From contig QPMI01000416.1 of NCBI GenBank assembly GCA_004431415.1, positions 817,086 through 881,085 on the forward strand: a stretch of 64,000 nt of DNA, read 5' to 3'. Shown here piece after piece: positions 43,170 through 54,321 of this stretch. The stretch's first letter is position 1; every line of letters starts with the position of its first letter. The position numbers and the translations under genes were made by a program. The notes below the pieces were generated by a model. It was given only the letters and a program-made list of their open reading frames with translations, ran no database searches and had not been told where the DNA came from. This stretch comes from Cyanophora paradoxa CCMP329. Lineage: Eukaryota > Plantae > Glaucophyta.

Positions 43170-46100
43170 CTAGGGCATGTAGATGTAGACCTGCGCGCGC
43201 GGGGCGAGTCAGCGAGGCGCCTGCGGGAGCGGGGCGGGGCGGGGCGGACCTGTGGGTTGTCCTTGTCGCGCTGGAGGTACTCGCGCTCGATGAGGGACTC
43301 GATGCGCTTCTTGATGTCGGCCGGCTTGAAGGGGAACTTGAGCTGGTTGTAGATCTCGGAGACGAGCAGCGTGTGGCTCAGCGTCTTCCGCGTCTTCATG
43401 ATCCGCACGATCGCCGCGTCGATCTGCGCCACGCGCCCGGCGTCACGCCGAGGGCGGCGCAGGGGCGCATGGCGAGGCGGGCCTGGTACTGGCGGTCCTG
43501 GAAGACGCGCTTGTTGGTCTGCTGGTTCTCCTCCTGCGTCTCCTTCATCTGGATGGAGTTGACCTTGATGCGGTACATCTTAGCCGTGAACTCCGTGTTG
43601 AACGAGAAGACGTCGTCGTCCTTCAGCTCCTTCGTCTGCCTCCCCCGTCAGCGGCAGCCGCGCCACCGGCGGCAGCGCGGAGAGGGGCGCCGGGGCGCAC
43701 GTTGGGGCTCTTGTTGAGGAGCTTGACCTTGGACATGGTCATGCCGATCATGTTCCGCTTCAGTTCCTTCTCGTCTGCGGGGCGCGCGTGAGGCAGGGGA
43801 AAGGAGGGGAAGGAAGGGGGCGGGGGCGGACCCATGCCGGTCTGCTCGGAGAGGTCCTTGAGGGAGAGGGTGTCGGTGTCGTTGAAGAGGAGCAGGATGA
43901 CCGCCTGGTAGAGCGAGACCTGCAGCTCCCTCCGCCCCTTCGGGTAGTTCGCCTTCAGCATGCAGATCGACCACGCGTAGTGCCACGTCAGCTTCCGCCC
44001 GCTGTGCTTCCCCAGGTAGTACGTCTTGAACATCTCCTGGAACTCGCCAAGCTGCGCCCAGGCAGTCAGCGGCGGGGCGGGCCGGCGGGGCGGCGGGGCG
44101 GGCGGGCCTCCTTGGGGAGTTTGAGGTCCATGGGGGTGACGTTGGGCCAGAAGCCGGTGGTGAGGACCTGCACGTTGAGCTCCACGTCGCCCGCCTTCGC
44201 CTGGTTCTTCGCGTGCTGCGCGCGCCTCGGCGCCGGCCCGGCCGCCTGACGCGAGGCGGGGGCGGACCTGGCGGAAGTTGGTGGTGATGTCCTTGGAGAG
44301 GTCGAGGTCGCGCAGCATGACCTCCAGCTTGTTCGTGAACTGCGACCCGCATTCTGCCCGTCCCCACCCCCCGCCCCCGTCAGCGGCGCCCCCGGCGCGG
44401 CGGCGGCGGCGGCGAAGCGCACCGGTCTTGAGCTTGGAAATCATCGACTTCTCGATGTCCTGGGAGATGCTCTTCTGCATGATGAGCCGGCGCGCCAGGT
44501 CCTGCGCCAGCGTTAGCCCCCCAGGCCCCGTGGCTGGCGAGGGGAGGGCGCGCATTCTTGTAGAAGGCCTCGAAGACGTCGGTGCCGAGGATGTAGCGGA
44601 GCAGTTGGACGACCTTGTCCAGGATCTGGTCCCGCTCCTCCTCCGGGTGGTCCTGCCCGCGCCCCGCCTCAGCGAGGCCACCGGCGGCGGCCGGCAGGCG
44701 ACGGCCTCGCCTTCTCGGTGCCCTTCTTCAGCATGTTGTCGCAGAAGGACGCAAGCAGCTCCGCCGTGCTCTTCTTGCCCACGCCCTCCTTGTTCACGAA
44801 TACGATGAACGCCTGCCGGCGACGCGGGTCACCGGCCGTGCTTTGGTGCCGGCGGGGGGCTCGCGTGCGGGCTCGCCTCGGAAAGGGCCTTGTGGAACAC
44901 GGGGTTTGATGCGAAGCACTTGTTAACGAGGCCGTTGTACTTGTCGTGCATCGCGATGAGCTTCATGATGTACGCTGCGCGCGCGGCGACTCAGGGCGCG
45001 CGTGCGTGGGAAGGAGCGCACGGGCCGCGGCTGCGCACCCTGCGTGTCTTCGCTATTCTGCTGCGACTCGACGAGCGCCAGTCCCTCATCCGAAATGTGC
45101 TTCTTGAATATGCGGGCGATCGGCTGCAGGCCGCTCTGCAGGCGGGAGAAGAGCCGGAACATGCGGGAGAGGTCTACGGCCCATCGCGGTCAGCGCGCAG
45201 CTGACGCGCTGGAGGCGGATCCCAGACCGTCGGTCTTATTGTCCCGGAGGAGGGCCTCGCAGCCGCTGTTCTCCATCTCCAGAAGCTTTTCCTCGGTACG
45301 CTCCAGGAGCTGATCCTCGCACACCTGGCACCGCCGCCTTAGGCACACCGGAAGGGAGGACCTGCCGCCCTGAAATCACCTTCATAAGCTTCGTCTCCGA
45401 GCTTTGGTTGAGGTAGTGGCCGATGCGACCCTTCTCCTCCTCGAGGCATGCCTCCGCCTGAGGGCGAAAGTTTGAGCGCCCTGCGCACAGCAGGACAGGG
45501 AGACTACGCTAATTGCTCACCTTGCGCATGTACTCAGGGCAGCTGCACTCCTCAATCCAGCGGGCGCTCTCGCGGGAGTAGAATTCGGCGGTTTCTTGGA
45601 GGAACTGCGCGTCGAACCCGGATCACGTCCACCCCATACGAGTCGCAAGGGCGCGGAATGACGCACCGCCTCCTCAAAGTCCGAGGCGTAGGTGGACATG
45701 TTGTTCGCGTCCATGTCCACGAAGATCTGGCAGCGCCGCCCTGTCAGGTGGGCACGAAAGCGCGGCGATATCGAAGCGGCAAACCTGGATGGTATTCTTC
45801 ATGAGGGTGCGGTCAACGCGCTCGCCATCCCGCTCTTTCCGGACCATGCCTAGCAGCACGAGCCGCACATCCTTCTTGACCGCATCGAAGACGGTCTCGT
45901 GGAACAAGTGCGTGCCTGCGAAGTGGTCAGAGTGCACAGGAACGCACAGGTCAAGCAGTCACACCAAGGTCATTCAGGGGCTTGAGTTTCTCACGGGGGA
46001 TGTGGAAGCGGTCCTGCGGGTGGGCAGAGTTAAGAAGGGCGCAGATGAAAGCCATACATGCGCGCTGACCAGGTACGCGAAGAACTTGAGGTACCACTTG

Positions 46101-46553
46101 ACCATCACCTTGTGGTTATCCCACCGCTTCACGAACTCCTCGAGCAGATAGGAGTCGTGCTTGTCGCGCACAGCTGGAAGAACGCGCTCGACAAGGTATG
46201 CGTTCACGGCTTCCTTGTAGCGATCGTACAGTTCCTGGGAGTTCTTCTTCCCTTCCTCGCCAGGCTTCGCGCAGAGGTTGTAGACGAGCCTGCCAGGAGC
46301 AGAGCAAGCGCTCTCGATCAGACATGCGCGAAATGGCCGGCCGGCGGCGCGGGGTGAGCGTAGAAGGCGATGTTCATCTGACATACGTGTAAAGCGCCAT
46401 GAACTCGGCAGATGTCAGCGTAGCGGTGAAACCGCTGTCCACCACTTCCTGCAGCTTGACGATACCGCCATTCTTGATCTTGTTCCAGTCCTCCTCGATG
46501 TTGGTGGTCGAAGGCATGTTCGTCCCCTTGGCACGCTTCGAGGCGTGACTCAT
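43170..46553 (-). CDS. Cullin (CUL1-like N-half, CUL4-like C-half)
   Basis: [72 protein letters not shown] neddylation motif, [13 protein letters not shown]. Confidence 0.92.
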
Positions 46554-48428
46554 TGCCTGCGAATGCGCGCATACATTCGTGAGACGGGGCGATGCATGGC
46601 CAACGCCCACAGCGCGGCGCCCACAGGCGGGACGAGCAATGGAGAGAAATCCAGCGACCGGGCCACTGGATCCGGTACTTCGCGCACTCCGACCTCTAAG
46701 GCGTGCCGCGCTCACCTCGGGGGCCGTCAAGCCGGACAACCGGCGGGCGAAGGCGGCGGGCTACGGGGACGGAGCGATGCCTGGGTACACTGTCTACTCA
46801 GGTTGAGGGATTGACGAGCAACTTGCACGCGCGTCATTAGCTCAGCGCGTGCAGCATTGGCACAGCGTTTTGAAACGAACCACCCGCGGGCTCGCCGGAA
46901 ATCGCACTCGGAGCCTCTTTGGGTCCACCTGTCAAGCAGCACACTCGCGATTTCGGACCGTCTTCTACCTCTTGCGATGGACCGCACGCAGTCCAGCTCA
47001 AAGTAAGTTGGTCCCGTGAGCGTGGGGTTAGGCGCTAGCTGCTGACGCTTTCGCAGCAGCGGACCTTTGGGAAGCACGGCCTCCAGCACGAGCAGCGTGC
47101 GGTAAGCTCAACATGAGTTTTAGTACAGACGCGCGTGCGTTGACGTCTTGCGGTTTACCTCTCAGCACGCTGCCCCCGTTCGAGAGCACGGCAATGGCGC
47201 TGCGATCGACCTCTGGTCACAGCGACCCCCTTGAGCGCTCGTTCCAGTGCGTATTTTGCGGAGATCTTGCTGGTCTTTATGTGCTTAAAGAGGACCGACA
47301 CCGCTTTCGCGGATTCCCTTTTCTGTGCTTTACTCCGGCACCCGCAGCACATGGAAACACGTGAATGCCGGCTATGTCACCACGCCCTCTCAGAAGATGA
47401 CGGAAACCCAACAGGCCTACCTTTGGTGCGCCGCACCTGCCGTAACGCGACTGGAAAGGGAAACGAGACTGTCGTTTTTGAGTGAAGGCTAGGATCGGTG
47501 GGAGCTGACACTTTTACTAATTATGGGGCATGGCTCAGGGATCCCGAAGCGGTGGCCACGTCACCTACAACGAAGGAGCACCGTCGCGTCCGTGGGATTT
47601 TCTCCTCGTACCTGAAAGAGAGCCTCACGAAGGGCGGTACGCGAAGTCAGCCATTGCGCACATGGCACTTGAAGCTGATACCTCTGGCAGTTGACCTCAA
47701 GCGGACTGCCCATTAAGCGGAAACGACCTCGATCCAGAGCGATTCTCCAGAACGATCACCAGTGCTGCAGGTAGCCTAGGCGTATTCCTCCTTTTTTTCT
47801 TTTTTCTAGAGCGGACAGCTCGACAGGCGCACGCTCTCGGCACGCCGACCCTCGTTTTTCATGCAGTTTTTCTCCCACGTTCGGTTTTTTTCTTGTACTG
47901 TACAGCACATGCTGCTGCGTTCTGCAGGCATTAATTTCTTTTTCTGAGTGCAGTTCGAGTGTGTACGTAGCACCGCCGGGCCGCGTTGTGTCTTCACCCC
48001 TTTTATACCTTACTAAGTAAGAAAAACATTTTGCTCGGATAGGTCCGGCCAGGCAGGGAGGGGGTTGCCCCCCTCCCCACGCGCCGCTGTTTCCAGCGGC
48101 TCGGCCGTACCCTATACCTTACTAAGTAAGTCATCAAACTCAACATCTATGGGCATCGGTGTCCTTCGTTCCACACGTAGAAACCCAGAAACCTCGTGCA
48201 ATTGCAGCTGCCAATCGAAGAAATGGAAGCTGAATATTAAATTATAAAGTGCCAATAACTGCCAGGCTTTGCAAGGTGCTTATCGTTCGCACCCTGGGCC
48301 CATCTATAGCAATGCACGCCATTGGTGAAATGGCCGCCGATGTGTTTTGGCACAGGCAGATAACACCTACAGAACTGTAATCCTACCTAGACCTGCCCTG
48401 AGAAAGCAAAAAGCAGATGTGCAGCGTC

Positions 48429-49000
48429 TTACAGGACGCGGCCCTCCCGCACCTGCACAGGGCACACAAAGATCAGGAACCGGATCGGCAAGGGCGCGAG
48501 GCGCGCAGGGGATGGCTTTGACCTCGAGCTTGTTGAAGATGGACGACAGGAAGTCCTGCTTGCGCTGCTCGTGGTCCGCAGCCGCCTTGCGGTAGCCGCC
48601 AGCGCTCGCCTTGCCCTTGGCACGCTGCGGGCGGAGGTCAGGAGGTGCCGCGGTCTCGATCACGCGCACAGGGATGCTATTGCATGCTAGCTGCTGTGCT
48701 CGCGCCCAGTCACGGGGAGGGCCGTGCCCGGCATTGCGCACCTCCGCCTTGAACGCCTTCGCGTTCATCCGGTTGCGCACGCGCTTCTCCTTCTTCAGGT
48801 TACGACGGCAGCCCATGGTAGTGCCCTGCAAGAGCGTCAGAGCCCGGCCGTCGCGGCAGCGTGGCTGGGGACATCGGCACCTCCTGCTGGCCGGCGGCGG
48901 ACTGCAGGCGCTGCTCGAACGAGACCGGAGTCACCTTGCGGGCGCCCGGGAACAGGGACACCGCCTGGAACGCAGCCGAAGCCTCAAACACGCGCGACAT
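48429..49000 (-). CDS. Small basic protein with presequence, possibly organellar-ribosome associated
   Basis: MSRVFEASAAFQAVSLF presequence, then GCRRNLKKEKRVRNRMNAKAFK / KAAADHEQRKQDFLSSIF. Confidence 0.55.
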
Positions 49001-49067
49001 GTTTCCTGCAAAGATCCACGAACGGGGTACGAGATTCGGCACAAGAGAAAGCTGTACCCCGTGCAAT

Positions 49068-50262
49068 ATGGCCTTCCTTGCCACCGCGCCAGTCTCTGCA
49101 CCGGTCCTCGCACCGGTCCTTGCACCGGTCCTCGATCCGGTCGCGCCTTCCGCGCGCCCTGGGCGGACCCCGCGCCCTTCGCTTGAAGGCGCGTTCACCG
49201 GACGAGCGCTTCGCATTCCCCGTCGTGCGTGCAGCGCTGCTGAGGTCGACGGCTCTCACTTATGCTTTGCAGGATGTTCGTTCGGCGGTCCCTCGTTCGC
49301 GCAGCCTCGCGCGCAGCTGTCGCCTTTCGAATTCCCGCGGGCGGGCCCGTCCGTCTCGTGGCGTCCCGAAATCGCGCCGCTTCTCGCGGAGGAGATGCGC
49401 GAGCTGCTCTCGGGGCGCCTGGCCGCCGTTGCTCGGCCCGCGCTGCTCTCGTCCCGCGCCTTGCGGGCGGTTGGCGACGCCGTCAGAAGCTATGGTGCGG
49501 ACGCGTACGGGGCGGTGCGGCTCGAGGACTACGGAGGGGAGGGTGGCGCGCTCGATGCTTACCTCGAGGCCGTGCGCGGCCCGGGCGGCGAGCTTCTCCA
49601 CGCCCTCGAAAGCAGCGGCGTGGACCCCGCTGGCGCGGCGCTGGCGGCCCTCCGCACTGCGTCGCCGCCCCTCGCCCGCGTCGACGTCACCATGCTCCCC
49701 GATGGCCGCCGATTCGGCCCCGCGACCGTCGAAGACCTCTCCGCGGGTTTGTACGCGTCCGCCGTTCGATTCGTGACCCCTAACCGGCGGGCACTACGGC
49801 AGGCTTCGGCCCGCGCTGCGCACCGCCTGTAGACTGCCCCGCGATCGGAACCCTTGTCGCCCAGGCGCGCCGCCAGCCCGGCCCCGCCCCCCCGCGCGCA
49901 CGAGCCATCCGGCCCGGTGCAGCTCGAGGCGCTGCTGTGGCTGCGGCACGGGGGACCGGGGGGCGAGGTCGTCCTACACTCTGTGCGATGCGGGGGCCGG
50001 CGCGGGGCGGCGCTCCTCACCGCACTGCGCGGGCCCCACGCGCGCTCCGCCGCCTTCGCGCCCCACGCGGGGGACCTCCTCCTCTTCGACCCCCTCCGCG
50101 CCCACGAGGCGCGCCCGCTCCTTCCCGCGCCGCCCCCCCCAGCGCTCTCACCGACTGCGGCTGGGCGCCGACGGACAGGTGCGGGCGGCGGAGGGCGGGG
50201 CGCTGGCGCTGCGCTTCTTCGTCGGAGTAAGGGCAGACGGCGACTGGGTCGTCTGGGCCTAG
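49068..50262 (+). CDS. Divergent 2OG-Fe(II) oxygenase-like protein, putatively plastid-targeted
   Basis: MAFLATAPV presequence; QLEALLWLRHGGPGGEVVL, FAPHAGDLLLFDPLRAHE/V, LRFFVG..VVWA-stop resemble a DSBH C-terminal half. Confidence 0.55.
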
Positions 50263-50391
50263 CCCCGCAGAACCCCCCTTGTCCTTGCCGCTGGCGCCCC
50301 GGACAGGCCCTGTGTGTGCAGAGCTGAACTCTGTCTGCTTCAGAGCCGAACTCTAAATCTGTCTGTTTAGCTAGCGTCACGGGTGGCGGGG

Positions 50392-53300
50392 TCACGAGAT
50401 GATACAGCTGCCGCATTGCCGGGAGGGCCCGGCGGTGGGGGCCCCTGGGGCGGCGGTGGAGGGGGGGAGGGAGGCGACAGGCGAGCCGGCGGCGGCGTTG
50501 GGGGGCGAGGAGGCGTCGGAGCGTGGCGAGGCCTCGTCGAGGAGCTTCTGGCGGGGCCCGCGCGCCGCTTCCTCGCGCGCCGCCGCCAGGTCAGCCCGCA
50601 GCGCCGCCGTCTCCGAGTCGTACCGGCGCTGCAGGGCCTCGCGCGCCTGCTCGGACATCGCCAGGCGCGACTGGGCCTGCGAGAGCTGCGAGCGGAGCTC
50701 CGTCTTAAGCTCGTCGAGGCCGGCGCAGGCGACGCGGACGGCCTCCTCCTTCTCCCGCTTCGCCTCCCGGCGCTCCTCGTCCGCCTGCGCCCGCGCCTGC
50801 GCCCCGCGGCTCTCAGCGCGGCCGCCAGCACCGCGGCCGCGGGGGCGGGCGGGGCGGACGGCGGAGAGCTTGGCCTCCCACTCGGCATTGAGCGCCGCCT
50901 TCTCCTCCGCAAACCGCGCCTTGAGCTTCTCGATCTGGGGCGGGGGTGAGGGCCGGGGCCGGCGGCGCGGGGCGGGCGGGGCGGGCCTTGGCGGTCTCGG
51001 CGGCGGAGGCGGCCTGCTTGGAGGCCTTGGAGGGCGGCTCCTCGCGGCGCTTGCCCTTGAAGACGTCGACCTGCGCCTGCAGCTGGATCGCCCGCAGCTG
51101 CGCCTCCTCCAGCTGCTTCCGCAGCTCCTCCGCCCCCGCCGCGCCCGGCGACCCGGGGCCCGCCGCCAGCGCCTGCTCCCGCAGCTGCAACTGCAGGCGG
51201 AGTGAGGGGGGCCGGCCGGGGGCGGGGCGAGGCGGGGGCGGGGCGGGCCTTCTCGCGCTCGAACTCGAAGCGTGCCTCGACGAGGCGGCGCTCGGCCTCG
51301 ACGAGGCGCTCCTGCACACCCTCCAGCCGCCGCTGCAGCTCCCGCTTCTCCCCGTCCGACCGCTCCAGCAGGCCCCGCCAGTCCGCCGCCCCCGCCTCCT
51401 GCTGTCGCCGCGCCTCCGCCAGCGCCTCCCGCGCCGCCGCCTCCTTCCCCGCCGCCTCCGCGAGGCGCCGCTCGACGGCCTCGCGCTCCTCCTTCAGCGC
51501 CGCCTTCTCCCGCTCGAAGGCGATCGTCGCGTCCAGCAGCCGCCGCTCCGCCCCCTCCGCCGCCTCCCGCAGCCGCGTCCGCTCCGCCACCGTCGCCGCC
51601 TCGGCCTGCAGGGAGAGCTGCCCGCCGGGCGGGGTCGGCTCGAGTGGGGGGCGGGGCCCGGGGCGCGGGGGGCCACCTTGAGGGCGGCCTCGGACATCTT
51701 CGGCTCCACCCAGTCCCCGTACGCCACGTACTTGGCGGGGCCCCGCGCCCTGCCCCCCGTCACCGCCCCGCCCCGCGCCCAGGCGGCGGCGGGGCCGGCG
51801 GGGCGGGGGGAGGCACTGGGCGAGGTAGAGCTCCCGGAGGGCGAGGCGGTCGGCGTCGAACTGGGCGTACGACTCGTAGCTGGCGGCCGCGAGGCGCTGC
51901 TCGAGGGCCCCCGAGAGCTCGGTCAGGAGCCGCTTGCAGAGGCGGATGCTGTCGTCCTCGTTCTGCGAGACGAACACGTCGTACTCCTCCGCGTACCGCG
52001 CCTGCCCGCAGCGCGCCGGCGTCAGCCGCGCGCGCCGGGGCGGAGCCCGGGGCGGCGGGGGTGCGGGCCTTGAGGGTGCCGCGGTGGCGGTCGAGGTCGG
52101 CCTCGCCGCCGACGGCGTGCTGGGCGAAGGCGCGGTTGCCGGCCTGCTTCCCCTGCACGTGCGCGGCGTGCAGCTCGGGGGGGTCGACGGGGAGGCGGCC
52201 CCCGACGGCGGCCTCCATGGCGGCGCGGTAGGCCTTGACGGCGGCGCCGACGGCCCCCTGGCACTCGATCTCGACGACGGCCTCCCAGGCGCCCTGGATG
52301 GAGGGCGTCGCCCCCCGGTTGATCGCCTCCACGTACGCCCGCACCAGCGCCGCCAGCACTGCCCGCCCCGCCTCAGCCCCCCGCCCCCGGGGCAGGGGCG
52401 GGGGGTGCGCGCTGGGCCCGGAGAGGAGGCGCCCGTGGACGGCCTTGGGGCGGACGGAGGCGAAGACCTTGGCCTTGAGGGCCTCCATCCCCTGCCGGAA
52501 CTCCGGCCGCAGCTTCTCGTACGGCAGCGAGTCCATCCGCTGCAGCGCGTCCTCCTGCTCCAGCGGCCGCACCAGCGCCACGCTGCCCCGAGCGCTGAGC
52601 AGGCGCCCCGCAGAGCGGCGGGGCACGAGGGAGGGCACCAGTCGCGCTCGCGGAAGAACGAGGTGAGCATCGTTCGGATCTGGTTCTTCGTGATGAGCCG
52701 CTCGCTGAAGCCTGCGCCCCCGCCCTCAGCGCCGCCCCGGCGGGATCCTGCCGTACGGGAGGGCCCGCGGACCGCTCTGGTGCTTCAGGGAGTTCTCGAG
52801 GTACTCCTTGCTGCGCGGGCGGGTGGCGTCGCGGGGAGGAGGGGTGGGTGCAGTGGCGGGGCGGGCCGGGGCACCTTGTGATGGGCCGGCCCTCGTGCTT
52901 GAGCTCGAGGCCGAAGTCGCGGAGGACCCACAGGAGGCTGCCCCGCGCCCTCAGGCCGACCCGCGGGCGGAGGGGGCGGAAACGAGGGGGACGGTGGTGG
53001 CAGGCACCTCGGGAAGTAAGCGTGGAACTTCCACGTCGGAGCGTCGCGTCAGTTGGGGCCACGCGCGCCGCGCGGGGGGCGCCCCGGCACCTCGAGCCCG
53101 TCGTCGACGTCGCCGGTGGGGCGAGACTTGACGTGGATGTGCCGCGTGAGGTTCGCCACGAACGAGAGGTTCTGGATCGCGTGCTCGTCGATCGGGCCGG
53201 CGCTGTTGTACACGAAGAGCGAGCTCAGCAGCACGGCGAGCGAGAAGATGCGAGCGTCGTGGCTCTGCGTGTTGTCCGTCGCCCCCAGGCCCTCCGTGTC

Positions 53301-54204
53301 CACCAGCAGAACGTGCATCTTCTCCCCGTCGGGCAGCGTCCGCTCGACGGGCTTGCCCCACACCCAGATCCCCCGCGTACATCCATTAATCGTGTGGCCC
53401 GTCTTGAAGCCGACCTGCCGGTCTGCGGCGCCGGCTCGGCCCGCCGCGAAGAGGAAAAGAAAAGGCGGCGGAGGCAGGGGCAGCCGAGGAGGAGCCGCCG
53501 GCTCGACCCGGCGGAAAGAAGAAAAAGAAATGCGAGAGGAAGGAGGGCGGACCGACGAGGCGGTTAAGCAGGAAGCTCTTCCCCGTCCGCCTGCGCGGTT
53601 CAGGTCAGACGGCGTTCGTTTCGGTGCGTACGCGCTGAGCTGAATACTCGCCATAGACCGGCGACGGCGACGACGCCGACCTTGTTCGGGAGAGACGCGA
53701 TAAGCTTGAGCGCCTGCGCGGCGCCGCCGCGGGGTGAGCGAGGCCGCGCCACATGGCAGCGTTCGGCAAGGGGGCCGGCCGCAGGCCAGCCAGCGCTGCT
53801 CGCAGAGAACATCGCGATGCATCTAAAGCGAAGGAGACGCCCACCTGCTCGTCCAGCACGAGTTTGCCGTCAACCTCTGCGCCAGTGACGGCGTCAGCAG
53901 GCCAGCAGCGCGCTCCGTCTCGTGCTCTGGCTTGTTCTTCTACAGGCGCGCGAGCGCGCGCGCCACGCTGGACCGCTCCCTTCACTCACGCCCGAGCGCT
54001 TTCAAGCTCTGGGCGCGCCGTCCGAGAGTCCCGGCCAGCTAAGGCAACTGAGCGTTCTAGATCTGTCTTACTGCTTCCACATACGTGTAACGCACCAGTT
54101 AGCAGAGGCAACGGCTGCGTAGTGTCGTCGACCGCCTCCTTCGGCTTGGCCGGGCTGGCGGTGCCCGGCACTTTCGCCGACGTCCTCGTTGGCAGCTTGC
54201 TCAT
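50392..54204 (-). CDS. Guanylate-binding protein (GBP/atlastin family) with long coiled-coil tail
   Basis: VAVAGLW/RTGKSFLLN, CTRGIWVW, LVDTEG, RIFSLAVLLSSLFVYNS, WVLRDF, LRPEF, YVEAINRGATPSI. Confidence 0.9.
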
Positions 54205-54321
54205 TGCTGCCGCGGCCGAAACGTGGCTGTCCGGCCTAGCTGATGAGCGTTGCTGGGGGGGACTACGTCTTCAAGCGTTTGAAACTGCCAGGACGTTACA
54301 CTGAGGGATCAAATCTGAAGG

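Noticed and set aside
49090-49135. Repeated gcaccggtcct units
   Set aside because: They encode APVL repeats within a transit peptide
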